Positions 44,739-55,600 of a stretch of 64,000 nucleotides of DNA are shown here, one piece after another. Within the stretch, counting starts at the first letter, position 1. The number at the start of each line of letters is the position of its first letter. The DNA lies in IMG/VR virus record IMGVR_UViG_3300023213_000527. The stretch is one strand, 5' to 3'. Made by a program: the position numbers and the translations under genes. Origin of the DNA: a virus. The notes under the pieces were generated by a model. It did not search any database, had not been told where the DNA came from, and saw nothing but the letters and a program-made list of their open reading frames with translations.

Positions 44739-45416
44739 CTATTTGCTCAACCACTTTTTAACGAATATATCTCTCGCATGCTTATAAAGCAAATTGGTAT
44801 TCAATTGATTACTCGTAACATGTCCAAAATGGATAACCGGAATATTAACCACTTGCATCGGGATATCAAGGGCTCGTGCTCGAAAACTTAAGTCCGTATC
44901 TTCAAAAAAAGCAAGCCCGAATTCCTCTGAAAATGGACCAATATAGTCTTTGATTCTCAGCTTCTCCCAAATCTCCTTGGAAGAAGCTAAACACCACCCA
45001 GACATGTACGATTTGCCCGGAAGAATGCGATTAGCTTCTTGAATAAAGTTGAGTTGATTGTCTAACTGTCCCATGGTTGGACCCACTAATCCGTAAGGGC
45101 ACCACTTGATGAGTTCTGACGCCCAATTCTGATGATTGGTTTTGATCCGAATATCGTTATTTAAAAATAGAACGTTTGGTGCAGTAGATATAGAGTATGC
45201 TATGTTACAAGCCTTCGCGAATCCATAATTTTCAGGATTACGATGATAAACGATCTCTTTGGAACCTTCCAGTTGAGATTGTGTCTCATCGGAACTGGCA
45301 TTGTCAATCACAATGATCTCATGTGTGTCGGATAATTTAGACAGATCCGCAAGACACGAACGAGTGAAGTTGAACTTATTAAAAACTGGAATAACTATTG
45401 ATAAGAGTTTATTCAT
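44739..45416 (-). CDS. GT2 glycosyltransferase
   Basis: SIVIPVFN, IVIDNASSD, NYGFAKACN, FLNND, FEDTDL. Confidence 0.87.
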   Translation of the reverse strand: MNKLLSIVIPVFNKFNFTRSCLADLSKLSDTHEIIVIDNASSDETQSQLEGSKEIVYHRNPENYGFAKACNIAYSISTAPNVLFLNNDIRIKTNHQNWASELIKWCPYGLVGPTMGQLDNQLNFIQEANRILPGKSYMSGWCLASSKEIWEKLRIKDYIGPFSEEFGLAFFEDTDLSFRARALDIPMQVVNIPVIHFGHVTSNQLNTNLLYKHARDIFVKKWLSK

Positions 45417-46566
45417 TTCTTTTCTTCCTTTTCAAGGCTCTGGCTTTATTTGCACATACTGGACACCAACATCCTTTTTTAAGAACATATGGGAACTGAA
45501 GCCACTGATGCCCCTCTTTACACTGCCATAATAATTTTTCGTTGGAAACTCCCAAAAACACTGACGATAAACACTGACCGCCTCTGCTGATTGCCAATAA
45601 TTTGTAAAATTCGAAGGTAGTATTATTATAACAATTTGTCAAATCAATATCTGCATTTGGATACGGAACATCGATTTTTAATTCTTGACATTTGTTCAAA
45701 ATAAATTGTCGTAGATCTTTAAGGAAAACTTTTTTGAATAGCATTGGGATAATGATTAATTTAATTCCCAAATTTTGACATATTCGTAATTTTTCGGCAT
45801 CGTTAGATGCTGTTCCAGCATGGTCTTTCACTGTATTTTTATAATGAAAGGTGCCATTATGTTCAAATGCTAAATTAAAATTGCTTGAATATCCATCCAA
45901 TTCCATACCATTGTTTTTATTATTGATTAACCATGCGGGGCGCGTTTTAGGAAACGAAGAACCAAATAAGCCTTCAAAATAGGCACGACATATCATCTCA
46001 CTTACATAATTATTTTCACTACATTTGGCACACCAGCTACCAATATGAACGAGATTAGCATAACGAATACTAAATATGTGTTCGTTAAAACAACGACACG
46101 TCATTTTTGATTGGGAATGTGTATATACGCTTGTTAGACAAATACCACCTTTTAATTGTGCTGCTTGATGCGCTTTTTGGATCGCCTCAATATTTTTACA
46201 ATTGCGGCATCTTGTAAAGTCTTTATCCATACCATTTTTTGATTGACCAAAAATATGTTCACAAATCATACATTTCCATTCTAATTTTGATTTATTTCCT
46301 TTGTATTCAGTAGAAATGCATTTAATATTAAGTGGCATATATTGTTCATTGATGCTATCGATTGTTAATTTAATACTATCAACATGACATTTCTTGCACC
46401 AACAACCATTCAAAATTTTTGGAGATTTCATGGTAAATTGATGCCCAACCTTACACACAAAATTCATATCATTAACCGCATTAACATATTCAGTAGAAAT
46501 GCATTTGCCGCCATGACTTTTGACAATAGATTTAATCTTATTAAATTGAACTTCTTTTACAAACAT
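45409..46566 (-). CDS. Zn-ribbon repeat protein with PD-(D/E)xK nuclease (putative homing endonuclease)
   Basis: GG.C.S..Y....W.C..GH.W...C..C repeats; MELDGY...LAFEHNG.FH. Confidence 0.75.
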   Translation of the reverse strand: MFVKEVQFNKIKSIVKSHGGKCISTEYVNAVNDMNFVCKVGHQFTMKSPKILNGCWCKKCHVDSIKLTIDSINEQYMPLNIKCISTEYKGNKSKLEWKCMICEHIFGQSKNGMDKDFTRCRNCKNIEAIQKAHQAAQLKGGICLTSVYTHSQSKMTCRCFNEHIFSIRYANLVHIGSWCAKCSENNYVSEMICRAYFEGLFGSSFPKTRPAWLINNKNNGMELDGYSSNFNLAFEHNGTFHYKNTVKDHAGTASNDAEKLRICQNLGIKLIIIPMLFKKVFLKDLRQFILNKCQELKIDVPYPNADIDLTNCYNNTTFEFYKLLAISRGGQCLSSVFLGVSNEKLLWQCKEGHQWLQFPYVLKKGCWCPVCANKARALKRKKRNE

Positions 46567-47681
46567 AAATCAATGAATTTTTGAGCAATAACTGGCCAAT
46601 CGTATGCATGATAAACATTTTGACGACCTTTGTCAATTTGTTCATTTAACTTTTCATAATTTTGGTATGCGTATCTTAATTTTTCAACAGCATCATCTAT
46701 GGATGGCTGAAACCATATAGTATTATTTTTGTTTTCCCAATATAAACTACGGGAATCGGCTCGTGTTTCTTTTCCATCTATTAAAAGAGCATTAGAATCG
46801 TTGAGAAAGTCTAATTGCCCGCCCCAATTTGGGACAATATTAATCTTTCCAGCGGCTAACGCCTCAAGTCCTGGCATATAGAAACCCTCACAGTGACTTG
46901 CTGTATAAACAGCATCCACACTTCGATAGAGATCAGATATGTCATCCACGTATTCTGAAAATACTTTTATTTCAGCGTGATGAGAAAATTGCTGATAAAA
47001 ACGAGATAAGCAATCTTTAAGAGATACTTCAAACTGCATGGTAATTGGTTTATCTTTAGCTTTCAAAATAAGGCATACATCATCTTTGCTGGTGAAAGCT
47101 TTACCATAAGCTTCTAGAAGCCCTGGAATATTCTTTCTACGATGATTTTGGGCAATATTTGCTAACAGTTTGAATTTCTTCTGAGTTGGTAATTTAATTG
47201 TGGAAGTTTTTTGATAATCATCGGCATTAATGCCGTGAGGTATCACTTTAATGACTGTTTCTGGAATACCGTTATCCATAAAAATCTGCTTTCCGAATTG
47301 AGATGGAGAACACAAATAATCACAATATTTATAATATTTAGCAAATCCTGTCGGTAAAGAATTTTTACCAAACCACTCATATATCCACGTTCCCAATCTA
47401 TTTTTAGTTCCAGCATTCAAATATACTGGAAAATTTTTCATACCAGTATAGGAAATTTGAGCTTCGTATGTTTTATCGGGCAGTTTTCCAAAAATTTGCG
47501 GTTTATTTTCTTCGGTGTAACCGATAAGATAATGTTCAAGATCCTTGGGAAGATGTTTAATACCATCTGTTGAAAATAATTCAACAGTATGTCCCAGTTT
47601 CAACAGTCCCCTCGCGATACCCCAGCCAACACAAGACCAACTGTGATTTTTACCCAAAAATTGCCGAATGAGTATTTTCAT
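46557..47681 (-). CDS. GT4-like (GT-B) glycosyltransferase
   Basis: PSQF, IPHGIN, RKNIPGLL.AY, CEGFYMPGLEALAAG. Confidence 0.85.
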   Translation of the reverse strand: MKILIRQFLGKNHSWSCVGWGIARGLLKLGHTVELFSTDGIKHLPKDLEHYLIGYTEENKPQIFGKLPDKTYEAQISYTGMKNFPVYLNAGTKNRLGTWIYEWFGKNSLPTGFAKYYKYCDYLCSPSQFGKQIFMDNGIPETVIKVIPHGINADDYQKTSTIKLPTQKKFKLLANIAQNHRRKNIPGLLEAYGKAFTSKDDVCLILKAKDKPITMQFEVSLKDCLSRFYQQFSHHAEIKVFSEYVDDISDLYRSVDAVYTASHCEGFYMPGLEALAAGKINIVPNWGGQLDFLNDSNALLIDGKETRADSRSLYWENKNNTIWFQPSIDDAVEKLRYAYQNYEKLNEQIDKGRQNVYHAYDWPVIAQKFIDLCL

Positions 47682-49024
47682 TAGGCTCCTTCGTTTCTGT
47701 CAATCTGAACACATATATTACACCAAGATCCAGATTTAACCTTGTGCGATCGAGCCTTCCAAATATGTCCCTGTGCGCATTTCCATTCGAGCGGAGTCCG
47801 TCCATTCTCATAGTGATCAGATAAACATTGCCCGCCATAACTGGCCGCCAGTTCTCTCATTTCTTCTATGGTTAGACATCGACTGCGTCGATAACATTCT
47901 GGACACCATGATCCACGTTTTATACTATTGGGGATAGCTTCCCAGATATGGTTACACACATTACATTTCCAAGTCATATCGGTTTGACTATCAATATATT
48001 CGCTGGATAAACAGACACCATCCCTGGATTCAGCAATCTTTTTCATCTGCTGTAAATACATCTGTGCAGTGCTTTTAGAATGATCCTTTGAATAAATGCT
48101 GTTTTTATCAACGATGATAGATTTTGGAGATTTGGGTGGGATAATGTTTAACTTTGCAAATTGGATGACCAAAAATTTCCCCAATTCTTCAAACCGCAAT
48201 ACATGGAATAGTGGGGGAATAACAATCAATTTCACTCCATGCTCTGCACATAATTCTTTTTTGCGTGCATCGTCCTCAATTCTTTTGCCAAGATCTCTGC
48301 AAAAAAGATCTTCTCTATAGTGTTGTACACCATTATGCTCAAATGCCACCCCAGTAGATTCGCAATAACCATCAAGTTCCATCAAATAACCATTCAAATT
48401 TCGAAGCCACGTTGGCTTTATTTTTGGGAATGGCAATCCAAAAATTGCTTCAAAAAAAGCTCGGCAACAATTTTCAGAGAACCCAGAATTACATTGTGGA
48501 CACCACCTTCCATTATTAACAACCGAATAATACTTCGCTTCCCAAACATGACCGTTTGAACATTTCCAAATGAGTTTATTGTGCGAATTTTCATATGTTG
48601 TGCTCAGACATTCTCCTCCCCTTTGTTCTGCAACATGTTTTGCTTTCTCAATTGAGCATTTTTTAGTAGCTGCATGACATTTACGACACCACCTGCCATT
48701 TAATATGGGTCCCGCCACCGTAATCCACTCGTGACCAGCTACACATCGTATTTTAATTTTTGAAGGTAGACCTTTAAAATCTGTCCTTGAAGAAACAAGC
48801 GCACCATTGCGACCATGTATCATGTCTAAAACGGCACATATATCGATTCTTCTTTTCTCTGTGGTAATATTCAGAAAGATAGCGCTTACATCATTCTGTA
48901 TGTCAAGACGTTTTATTTTGCTTATAAGAGCGGATTTAGAATATCCGAGCGATTTAGCCGCTCTTTCGAGGTGCCCATGTTCTAAAATAGCCCGAATAAT
49001 TTCTTCTCTCCCACAATCCAACAT
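47681..49024 (-). CDS. Zn-ribbon repeat protein with PD-(D/E)xK nuclease (paralogue of 45409..46566)
   Basis: Five GG.CLS..Y...W.C..GH.W...WC..C-type units; MELDGY...VAFEHNG.QH. Confidence 0.75.
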   Translation of the reverse strand: MLDCGREEIIRAILEHGHLERAAKSLGYSKSALISKIKRLDIQNDVSAIFLNITTEKRRIDICAVLDMIHGRNGALVSSRTDFKGLPSKIKIRCVAGHEWITVAGPILNGRWCRKCHAATKKCSIEKAKHVAEQRGGECLSTTYENSHNKLIWKCSNGHVWEAKYYSVVNNGRWCPQCNSGFSENCCRAFFEAIFGLPFPKIKPTWLRNLNGYLMELDGYCESTGVAFEHNGVQHYREDLFCRDLGKRIEDDARKKELCAEHGVKLIVIPPLFHVLRFEELGKFLVIQFAKLNIIPPKSPKSIIVDKNSIYSKDHSKSTAQMYLQQMKKIAESRDGVCLSSEYIDSQTDMTWKCNVCNHIWEAIPNSIKRGSWCPECYRRSRCLTIEEMRELAASYGGQCLSDHYENGRTPLEWKCAQGHIWKARSHKVKSGSWCNICVQIDRNEGA

Positions 49025-49046
49025 TCATTCACACTATATCACTTGA

Positions 49047-52000
49047 TCAGGGAATTGCCCCAAAGTTGGCTGAAATCACCGCCGCCATACGATCTATTGC
49101 CTGTTGAACTGCCACAGGTTGAGTAATCCAATTGCTCGGATTAGCAGGAGTATACCCAGTAGTTTGAGCCGTAATAAATTGATAGGCTAATCCGCTCCCC
49201 GTGCTGACCAAAACTGTGCCCGAAGCTCCGACTCCGTTGATTCCAGTTCCGCCATGGAGAATCGGCAAAACATTGGTGACGTCATTACCCAAATCAACTA
49301 GTGCCGATGGCCCACCAGCTATTGGACCACTGAACACGGTAACTAATTTCAACATGTTCTGCACTTTGGTAGAATCCACGAACAACGGTGCGTTATTAAA
49401 GCCGCCCTTCTTCATGAACACATGAATTTGAACTTTTGTGGTTAGAGTTTTAAGAACAGCATCTTTAAATAAATTGGTAAAGTTAAGAGTTAGAAATCCA
49501 GTAGCAGGATCAATGGACACGCCCATTTTCCCATCCACGATAATACCACCGTATCCATCTGTACTCAATCCATTAGTATTAGGAGAGAAAGATTGCACTG
49601 CCACTGAAAATCGAATTTGTCCATTGGTAAGTGCATTAGCCGGAACGAGAGAGCAATCGGCAAAACGCATTGCTGGAAACCCAAGTCTAGTGATTCCGGC
49701 TCCGGTGTAATCAGAAACGAAATCAGTCATAAGATCAATAGTTTGTTCTGTACCAAATAATCCATTGGGCACTTCCAAGATAATAGTTCCTACCTCAAAA
49801 TCCACTTTATAGAAGTAACCATCAGGTCTTTGAAGTTCGCCACCTTTCCCGATAATGACGTTATTCGGGGCAAAGAAATCCACTCGTCCCGGATCAAATA
49901 CTGGAGGCGATGGAAAAGTGCTACAATTAACGCCCACAATAGAACAGCTATTTTGAAGGAAACCATTTAGGGTGGTAAAGACGGACGGCACTAATTTACC
50001 ATGACTGTTAGTAGCAACCAAAGATTCATCCCAAGTTAATTGTTTCTGAATATTAAAAGTAACCGGAGAAAAAACAAAACTATGGCTAGCAAAATAACCA
50101 TCGCCCCTAAAGATGTCAGGTAGTGGATGGACTATAGTAGATCTTCCAGTAGTAACAGCAGAATAATCATCATTACGATCCACAAACTGTTCTAGCCGAA
50201 GTCTAATAACGTTGAATGGAACGCCAATTTTGGTGAATGGATTGGTGGCGGGAGATGGAAAAGTAGTAGTTGGAGAGGAGGTTAAATTATTTCTATCAAT
50301 ATAGCTTTGGAGTAAGTAGCCATCAGTGGAAGTGATGGCAAAATCCCCATTGATATCAGCCCGCAACATCGATGCAATCACATCTCCAGTTAGGAAAATT
50401 TTTCGAATGGTGAGAGTATCGGAAATAAGATCCAAAGCGATAATGTCAAATCCACCATAATCAGCTTCAACACTGGGAGTGATGATAAGAATTTTAAAAC
50501 CGCTCAAGCCAACGATGTTTCTAAAATTGATGCTTGCACTGGTAAATTGAGCTAAACGAGGATCCGCTGGATTGGGAACTAATACACCATCATATCCATC
50601 TGCCACTACGTTATGAGTATTTGGATCTACCAATTGAAAATGAATGCTAAATAAACTGCTAAAGGGCACAGTGAGAGTGTTATAGCCATTGACAAAGGTT
50701 GCATGGTATCCATCGGTGGCTATACTGCTATGTAGAGGTAATCCAGTATTAAGGTCAAAACCAACAAAAGCATTTAAAGCATCAATATCGCTTTGATTAA
50801 TAACTCCGTCACCATTTACGTCTCCTAAAATCATAGAACATAATTTGGCACTAGCAATTCGATAGAAGGTGAATGGCATGCTAGCGTCTGGAATGAATTT
50901 AGCCCCCACTAAATCTCCATTGAGTAAGTTAGAAATTAATCCTATTACCGTTGTGTCATATCGGTATCCGTCAGTGGGATCATCTACTACCCGAATTAGT
51001 AATTCGTTATTGACCATAGTAGAGCTATACAACTTGGAAGTAATTAAAGATGAAATGGAATCAAAAAACTTTTTGTTCTGATCAGAAATGGCACCCAAAA
51101 GAAACGGATCAGCCGTCTTTTCTAAATTAGTAAGATCAATGGTATTTAATAAGGTAATTTGTGGAGTAACATGTTGTCTGGAAAATACTGGCGCTCCCGT
51201 TCTTTGATCTGGAACAGGGGTTGTTTGCTGAACAACGGCAGTTGTTACTGCCCGAAAAATATCGTTTCCAGTAAATTGAAGAGCGCCCTGAAAGAAATCA
51301 ATAGTGTTTAAAGTAACGGGATCCTGCGTAGTTTTAGGCAAGATCATTCCATGTCCAGATTCATATCCTTGCCCGTCAGAAACTTTGGCAGCATCCGTCC
51401 AAATTCGATACCATAAATTCTCAGTAGGAATATCGACCCAAAGAGTTCCAGTAAAAATGGTGATTCGAGAATTAGTTGATGAGTTACTTCCTACTGAAAT
51501 AAGAATGTCACATTTGTTGGCTGAACCGGCTCTCTTAACAGTTACTGCATAAAATTGTCCCGGAGTTAAAACATTACCACCTGCTAGGGAGCTGTTGCTG
51601 AAAACAAAATCAATAGGTTGAGGTATTGAATCGAGCACAAAACCAGAAGTTTGTAAAGTAGAATAATTTATGCTGGTTTGGGCAATTGGAATGTTAGAAG
51701 GAGAAAACTCAATTTGAAGATTAGGAGCAATATCAGTAGGACAAGTAATGGTAGATTGCAACGGAAACACGCTGATCACTAAATCGCCGTTCCAAACCAA
51801 ATCGGTTGATTGTCCAACTATGGTATTTCTAACAGAAAGCAAGAGCGTGATTTTTTGGATATTGTTGGTGGTTGCTTGAAATTTTTGTCCAATCTGAGTA
51901 GTGACGTCATTAACTAACAACACTTGAGTATCAAGTGGTGCAGTAAAAATATTGAGGGAATTAACATTGTAGAGCGGAAGGGCAGCAGTTAACAAGGAAT

Positions 52001-52595
52001 TTAGAGAAGTAAAACCACTAACAAAAAAATCACGGAAAAATAAATTGGGTTGAATATCCTGAGCTACCATAATGGGATCTCGTGATAAAGTCATTGGAAA
52101 AGGCTCTCGAATAATTATTTTGCCACCAAGATTGAAAGAAAGACTAGGATCGCCAATAAAGTCATTGAAGAGGAGAAGTAAGATTTTAGTGAAATGTTTT
52201 TTGCTGAGCTGAATTTCATTAGTTTTGAAAACAAAGGTTTCATATTGTAGATTGCTTTGGAAGTCAAGTCCGATAACAGCTACCTTAACATCTCTTTTGC
52301 CACCAGTGATAGATCCAGACAGTTCAATTTCTAGTTGATTACCAAAATTACTGTCAGATGGTTGATTTTGTGCTTGAACAATGACTCCATCCAAAAACCC
52401 AGTAGTTAAGGAAGAATCAAACAAAATATTCTGAACGAGAACATCGGGTAATAAACCGGTTCCGATGTGATTATTGATGATGTCCGCATTAACAATTGTG
52501 TTATGAGTCTGTTCAAGAGACAAATCTACATCATCCACTAATTGAGCGTTAGTGAATAAAGGCTGATCTGCGGCAACTGGAACACGTTTAGTCAT
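49047..52595 (-). CDS. Large virion structural protein with dockerin/EF-hand-like repeats
   Basis: 1182 aa, beta-rich, directly downstream of the baseplate genes; GDVNGDGVINQSD and ADINGDFAITSTD. Confidence 0.65.
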   Translation of the reverse strand: MTKRVPVAADQPLFTNAQLVDDVDLSLEQTHNTIVNADIINNHIGTGLLPDVLVQNILFDSSLTTGFLDGVIVQAQNQPSDSNFGNQLEIELSGSITGGKRDVKVAVIGLDFQSNLQYETFVFKTNEIQLSKKHFTKILLLLFNDFIGDPSLSFNLGGKIIIREPFPMTLSRDPIMVAQDIQPNLFFRDFFVSGFTSLNSLLTAALPLYNVNSLNIFTAPLDTQVLLVNDVTTQIGQKFQATTNNIQKITLLLSVRNTIVGQSTDLVWNGDLVISVFPLQSTITCPTDIAPNLQIEFSPSNIPIAQTSINYSTLQTSGFVLDSIPQPIDFVFSNSSLAGGNVLTPGQFYAVTVKRAGSANKCDILISVGSNSSTNSRITIFTGTLWVDIPTENLWYRIWTDAAKVSDGQGYESGHGMILPKTTQDPVTLNTIDFFQGALQFTGNDIFRAVTTAVVQQTTPVPDQRTGAPVFSRQHVTPQITLLNTIDLTNLEKTADPFLLGAISDQNKKFFDSISSLITSKLYSSTMVNNELLIRVVDDPTDGYRYDTTVIGLISNLLNGDLVGAKFIPDASMPFTFYRIASAKLCSMILGDVNGDGVINQSDIDALNAFVGFDLNTGLPLHSSIATDGYHATFVNGYNTLTVPFSSLFSIHFQLVDPNTHNVVADGYDGVLVPNPADPRLAQFTSASINFRNIVGLSGFKILIITPSVEADYGGFDIIALDLISDTLTIRKIFLTGDVIASMLRADINGDFAITSTDGYLLQSYIDRNNLTSSPTTTFPSPATNPFTKIGVPFNVIRLRLEQFVDRNDDYSAVTTGRSTIVHPLPDIFRGDGYFASHSFVFSPVTFNIQKQLTWDESLVATNSHGKLVPSVFTTLNGFLQNSCSIVGVNCSTFPSPPVFDPGRVDFFAPNNVIIGKGGELQRPDGYFYKVDFEVGTIILEVPNGLFGTEQTIDLMTDFVSDYTGAGITRLGFPAMRFADCSLVPANALTNGQIRFSVAVQSFSPNTNGLSTDGYGGIIVDGKMGVSIDPATGFLTLNFTNLFKDAVLKTLTTKVQIHVFMKKGGFNNAPLFVDSTKVQNMLKLVTVFSGPIAGGPSALVDLGNDVTNVLPILHGGTGINGVGASGTVLVSTGSGLAYQFITAQTTGYTPANPSNWITQPVAVQQAIDRMAAVISANFGAIP

Positions 52596-52653
52596 TGGGC
52601 GCTTTTACCTCAACTATGCAAAAAAATGCGGGTTTCTTCATTTGTATCATTTC

Positions 52654-55600
52654 TTATCGTGTGTATTGGATAAAAACTCTCGAATTTGCAGGTTTAAGAA
52701 CTTTGATAAGTTTTTCCAACGCATTCTTAGATTTTATGTTACTATTTACTATACCAAACGAATCTTTAACATTTACGGTAAAGTCGAATAATCCTGTTGT
52801 TTTATTTATCAAAGTAGTAAAATCTGTATTGAGTACCCTAATCACATCAAAATTAAGCAAAAGGGTAGTAAATAAATCTTGGGTAACTGGAAAAACGGCA
52901 TTCAAATTGGTGCTATAATTAACATCTAATGGTTCTCCAAAAGGAGCATAGATGGGCCTGAAAATATCGCTGATTCTGAAATTATCAATTAGGCTAAAGA
53001 GCGGACTTTCTCCAGTATATTTAGTACCAATAAACAAATCATTAATGGGATCTTTGAACCGAATGTTTGTAGGAATAAGATACCCATCGATGTTGTATCC
53101 ATCTCCTACGAAAGAAGAGCCAGAAACAAATGGAAAGTCTCCAATGATAACATCTGTTCCAACAAGAACGTTGGTATATTCGTAACCGTCTAAAAATAGC
53201 TTCATTTTGTCAAGACCAGCTCCGCTGTTCAATTTATAGCTAGCTTTAATGCGGTGCCAAGTATTTCTAACCCATCGGGTTGGCCCTCGGAGCACAAAAT
53301 CTTGCCCAGATGCGGTAATAACAAAATTGACGAAGCCAAAATTGTCCTTGAAAATAGCAATACGATCTCCTTGTAAGCCTTGGGGCAAGTAAGTAACCAA
53401 TACACGAGTTTTTTGGCTAGGTAACTCTCTGTTTAGTCTAATGACTTGAGTGTTAAGAGTGTCGTTACCATTGGTGGCACTTTGATAAGTAACTATCAAA
53501 GGTAAATGGCTTGATGGAAGCACTTTACCTAAGAAGATGGTTTTTTTATCTGATCCAACGGCGCCTCCCGCAAAATAATCAGTTCCTGTCAAATCTCCCG
53601 AAATCTTGACAGTAATTACTTGTAAAATGGGATTACCCGTCACTACCGAACTGCTAGACAAGCTAACCGTTTGCTCCTGTATGGCTCGCTGAGTATCAAT
53701 TTCTAATTGACCTCCTGCGAAATAATCAATAGTCGGATCTCCTCCTTTCAATCTGACATTTAAAATTTTAGAAGCGGGCGACAAAACTTTAACAGAAAAA
53801 TTATTAACACTGATTGCTTCTTCTACAATGGCACCAAAAGCATCAAAGAAGAACCGTTCATTTGGATCATTAGCAGTATCGAATAATGGACTAGTCCAAA
53901 ATTCGATAGTTCCTTCTTTTCGAGTATCTAAGATGCCATTGTTGGAAATTATCAAAGGTTGGTCTAAGATCACTCCACTACGCCCAAAATTATCATTAAT
54001 TACTACAGAAGATCGGAAAGGTTGTTTGCTGGTGGGAGTATCAATATAAAATAAAGCATCATTAGTAAATGGAAAATTGTTAAAGGTAATTAACACCAAA
54101 GTATTGATGTCCGGCTTCAATGGTTTTAGAGAGTTAAAATCTTTAGTAACAGAACGTTGAGTAGCTGGAATGCTTTCGCCAATTCTAGTATCAGTTAGTT
54201 TTACAGAATAAATAATACTCTGATTTAGGATGCCATTAAGTTGATTGTTGCCAGAAAGATCGCTTCCTAGGAAAACGAGCGTAGCCAGTGGATCTATCTT
54301 AATGCGTGCATAGGTAAAATAGTTAAGATCGTAAAATCCGCTGGTTAGCAAATAGCCTTGTCCGGGAGAATTGGATTGCTCAAAAGTAAAGTATCCATTT
54401 TGCAGCCCACTTCGAAATGAAGAAACGTTCAGCACTTGATAAATACCATTAGTAAATACGGGCAAGGGTATCGCACCAGAAGCGTTAGTTGGTTGAATAG
54501 TAATAGATCTACGATCTGTTGTAGCTATGCTAGTAATAAGATACCATCCAGCCACAGATGATGGCGAATTGATCAATAAATAATTACCAACATCTAAACT
54601 ACTAAATGTGTTGTGATCATCTCTAACAGTATTGGAGCCGGTGCTTCGTAAAGTAAATCCTCCGCCAATTTGATAGCTAAATCTAACAATTGGATTTTGG
54701 TTGCTCAATTCTGGGTAAGTAAGCGTAAATTTTTCTTTAACTTCTAAGTTGGCAGCGTTCTTACTAGAATTAAGTGGTTTAATAGAAGCATTAATATAAT
54801 TAACAGAGAAAAATCTATTAACAGTATCTAAAGAACCATAATTGCTAAAGGTAATAGTTTCTGTGATAGTGCCGGTGCCCACAAAACCATTAATTTGAAC
54901 TTGGGCGGGCGTTGAAAAATCCGCATTGGTGCCACCTAAAGTGATAGTTAAATGTCTTCCACTTTGAGAAGCGATAGGTTGCGAAACAGTTAAGTTACTG
55001 GACTGAAATATTCCAGATACTAGAGTTGAATTATTTGGTCCAATAGCAACTACCGGCAAGATGATTTTGGTAATTTTGGCTTCATCCAGAGAAATAGGCG
55101 GCGGTAACCTAGTCATCAAAACGTTTTCCTGCAGGTTGCTCCAAAGATAATAACGTTTTTTGCAACTGCTATGATTGTAGCCGAGCGTTCTGATTAAAAT
55201 TAAATCCTTAGCAAACACATTATTGGAAATCGTTAGAATGTTATTGAAGTAACCATCAGTTGATTTAGAAATAGAGTAAGATGGATGTAATGCTCGCACA
55301 CCCGGAATTTCAGTTTCCGAATTAGAATAAATGGAGAAGCTGGCTCCAGAAAGATTGGATGGAAGTGAGCTATCTAATATCAAAGAATTTCCTGCCACTT
55401 GCAAGACAACAAAAGTGACCGGGGACGAAATACTAGTAATACCTATCAAATATCCGGGTTGAACATTAGCAATAGTAAAATTGGTTCCTACGGATGTAAC
55501 CGTGGTGCTTCCTAAGGATCCAAAAAGATCATTGCCTGATACAAAAGCATGAATGGTAGTAACTGCGATATTCGGAGCAATATCAATATCCGAGATTACT

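Noticed and set aside
5170-52625. Possible late-promoter motif (xxT-N6-RCATA) before several starts (near 5180, 7335, 30880, 52620)
   Set aside because: Too degenerate to separate from AT-rich background by eye; it needs a motif-enrichment test.
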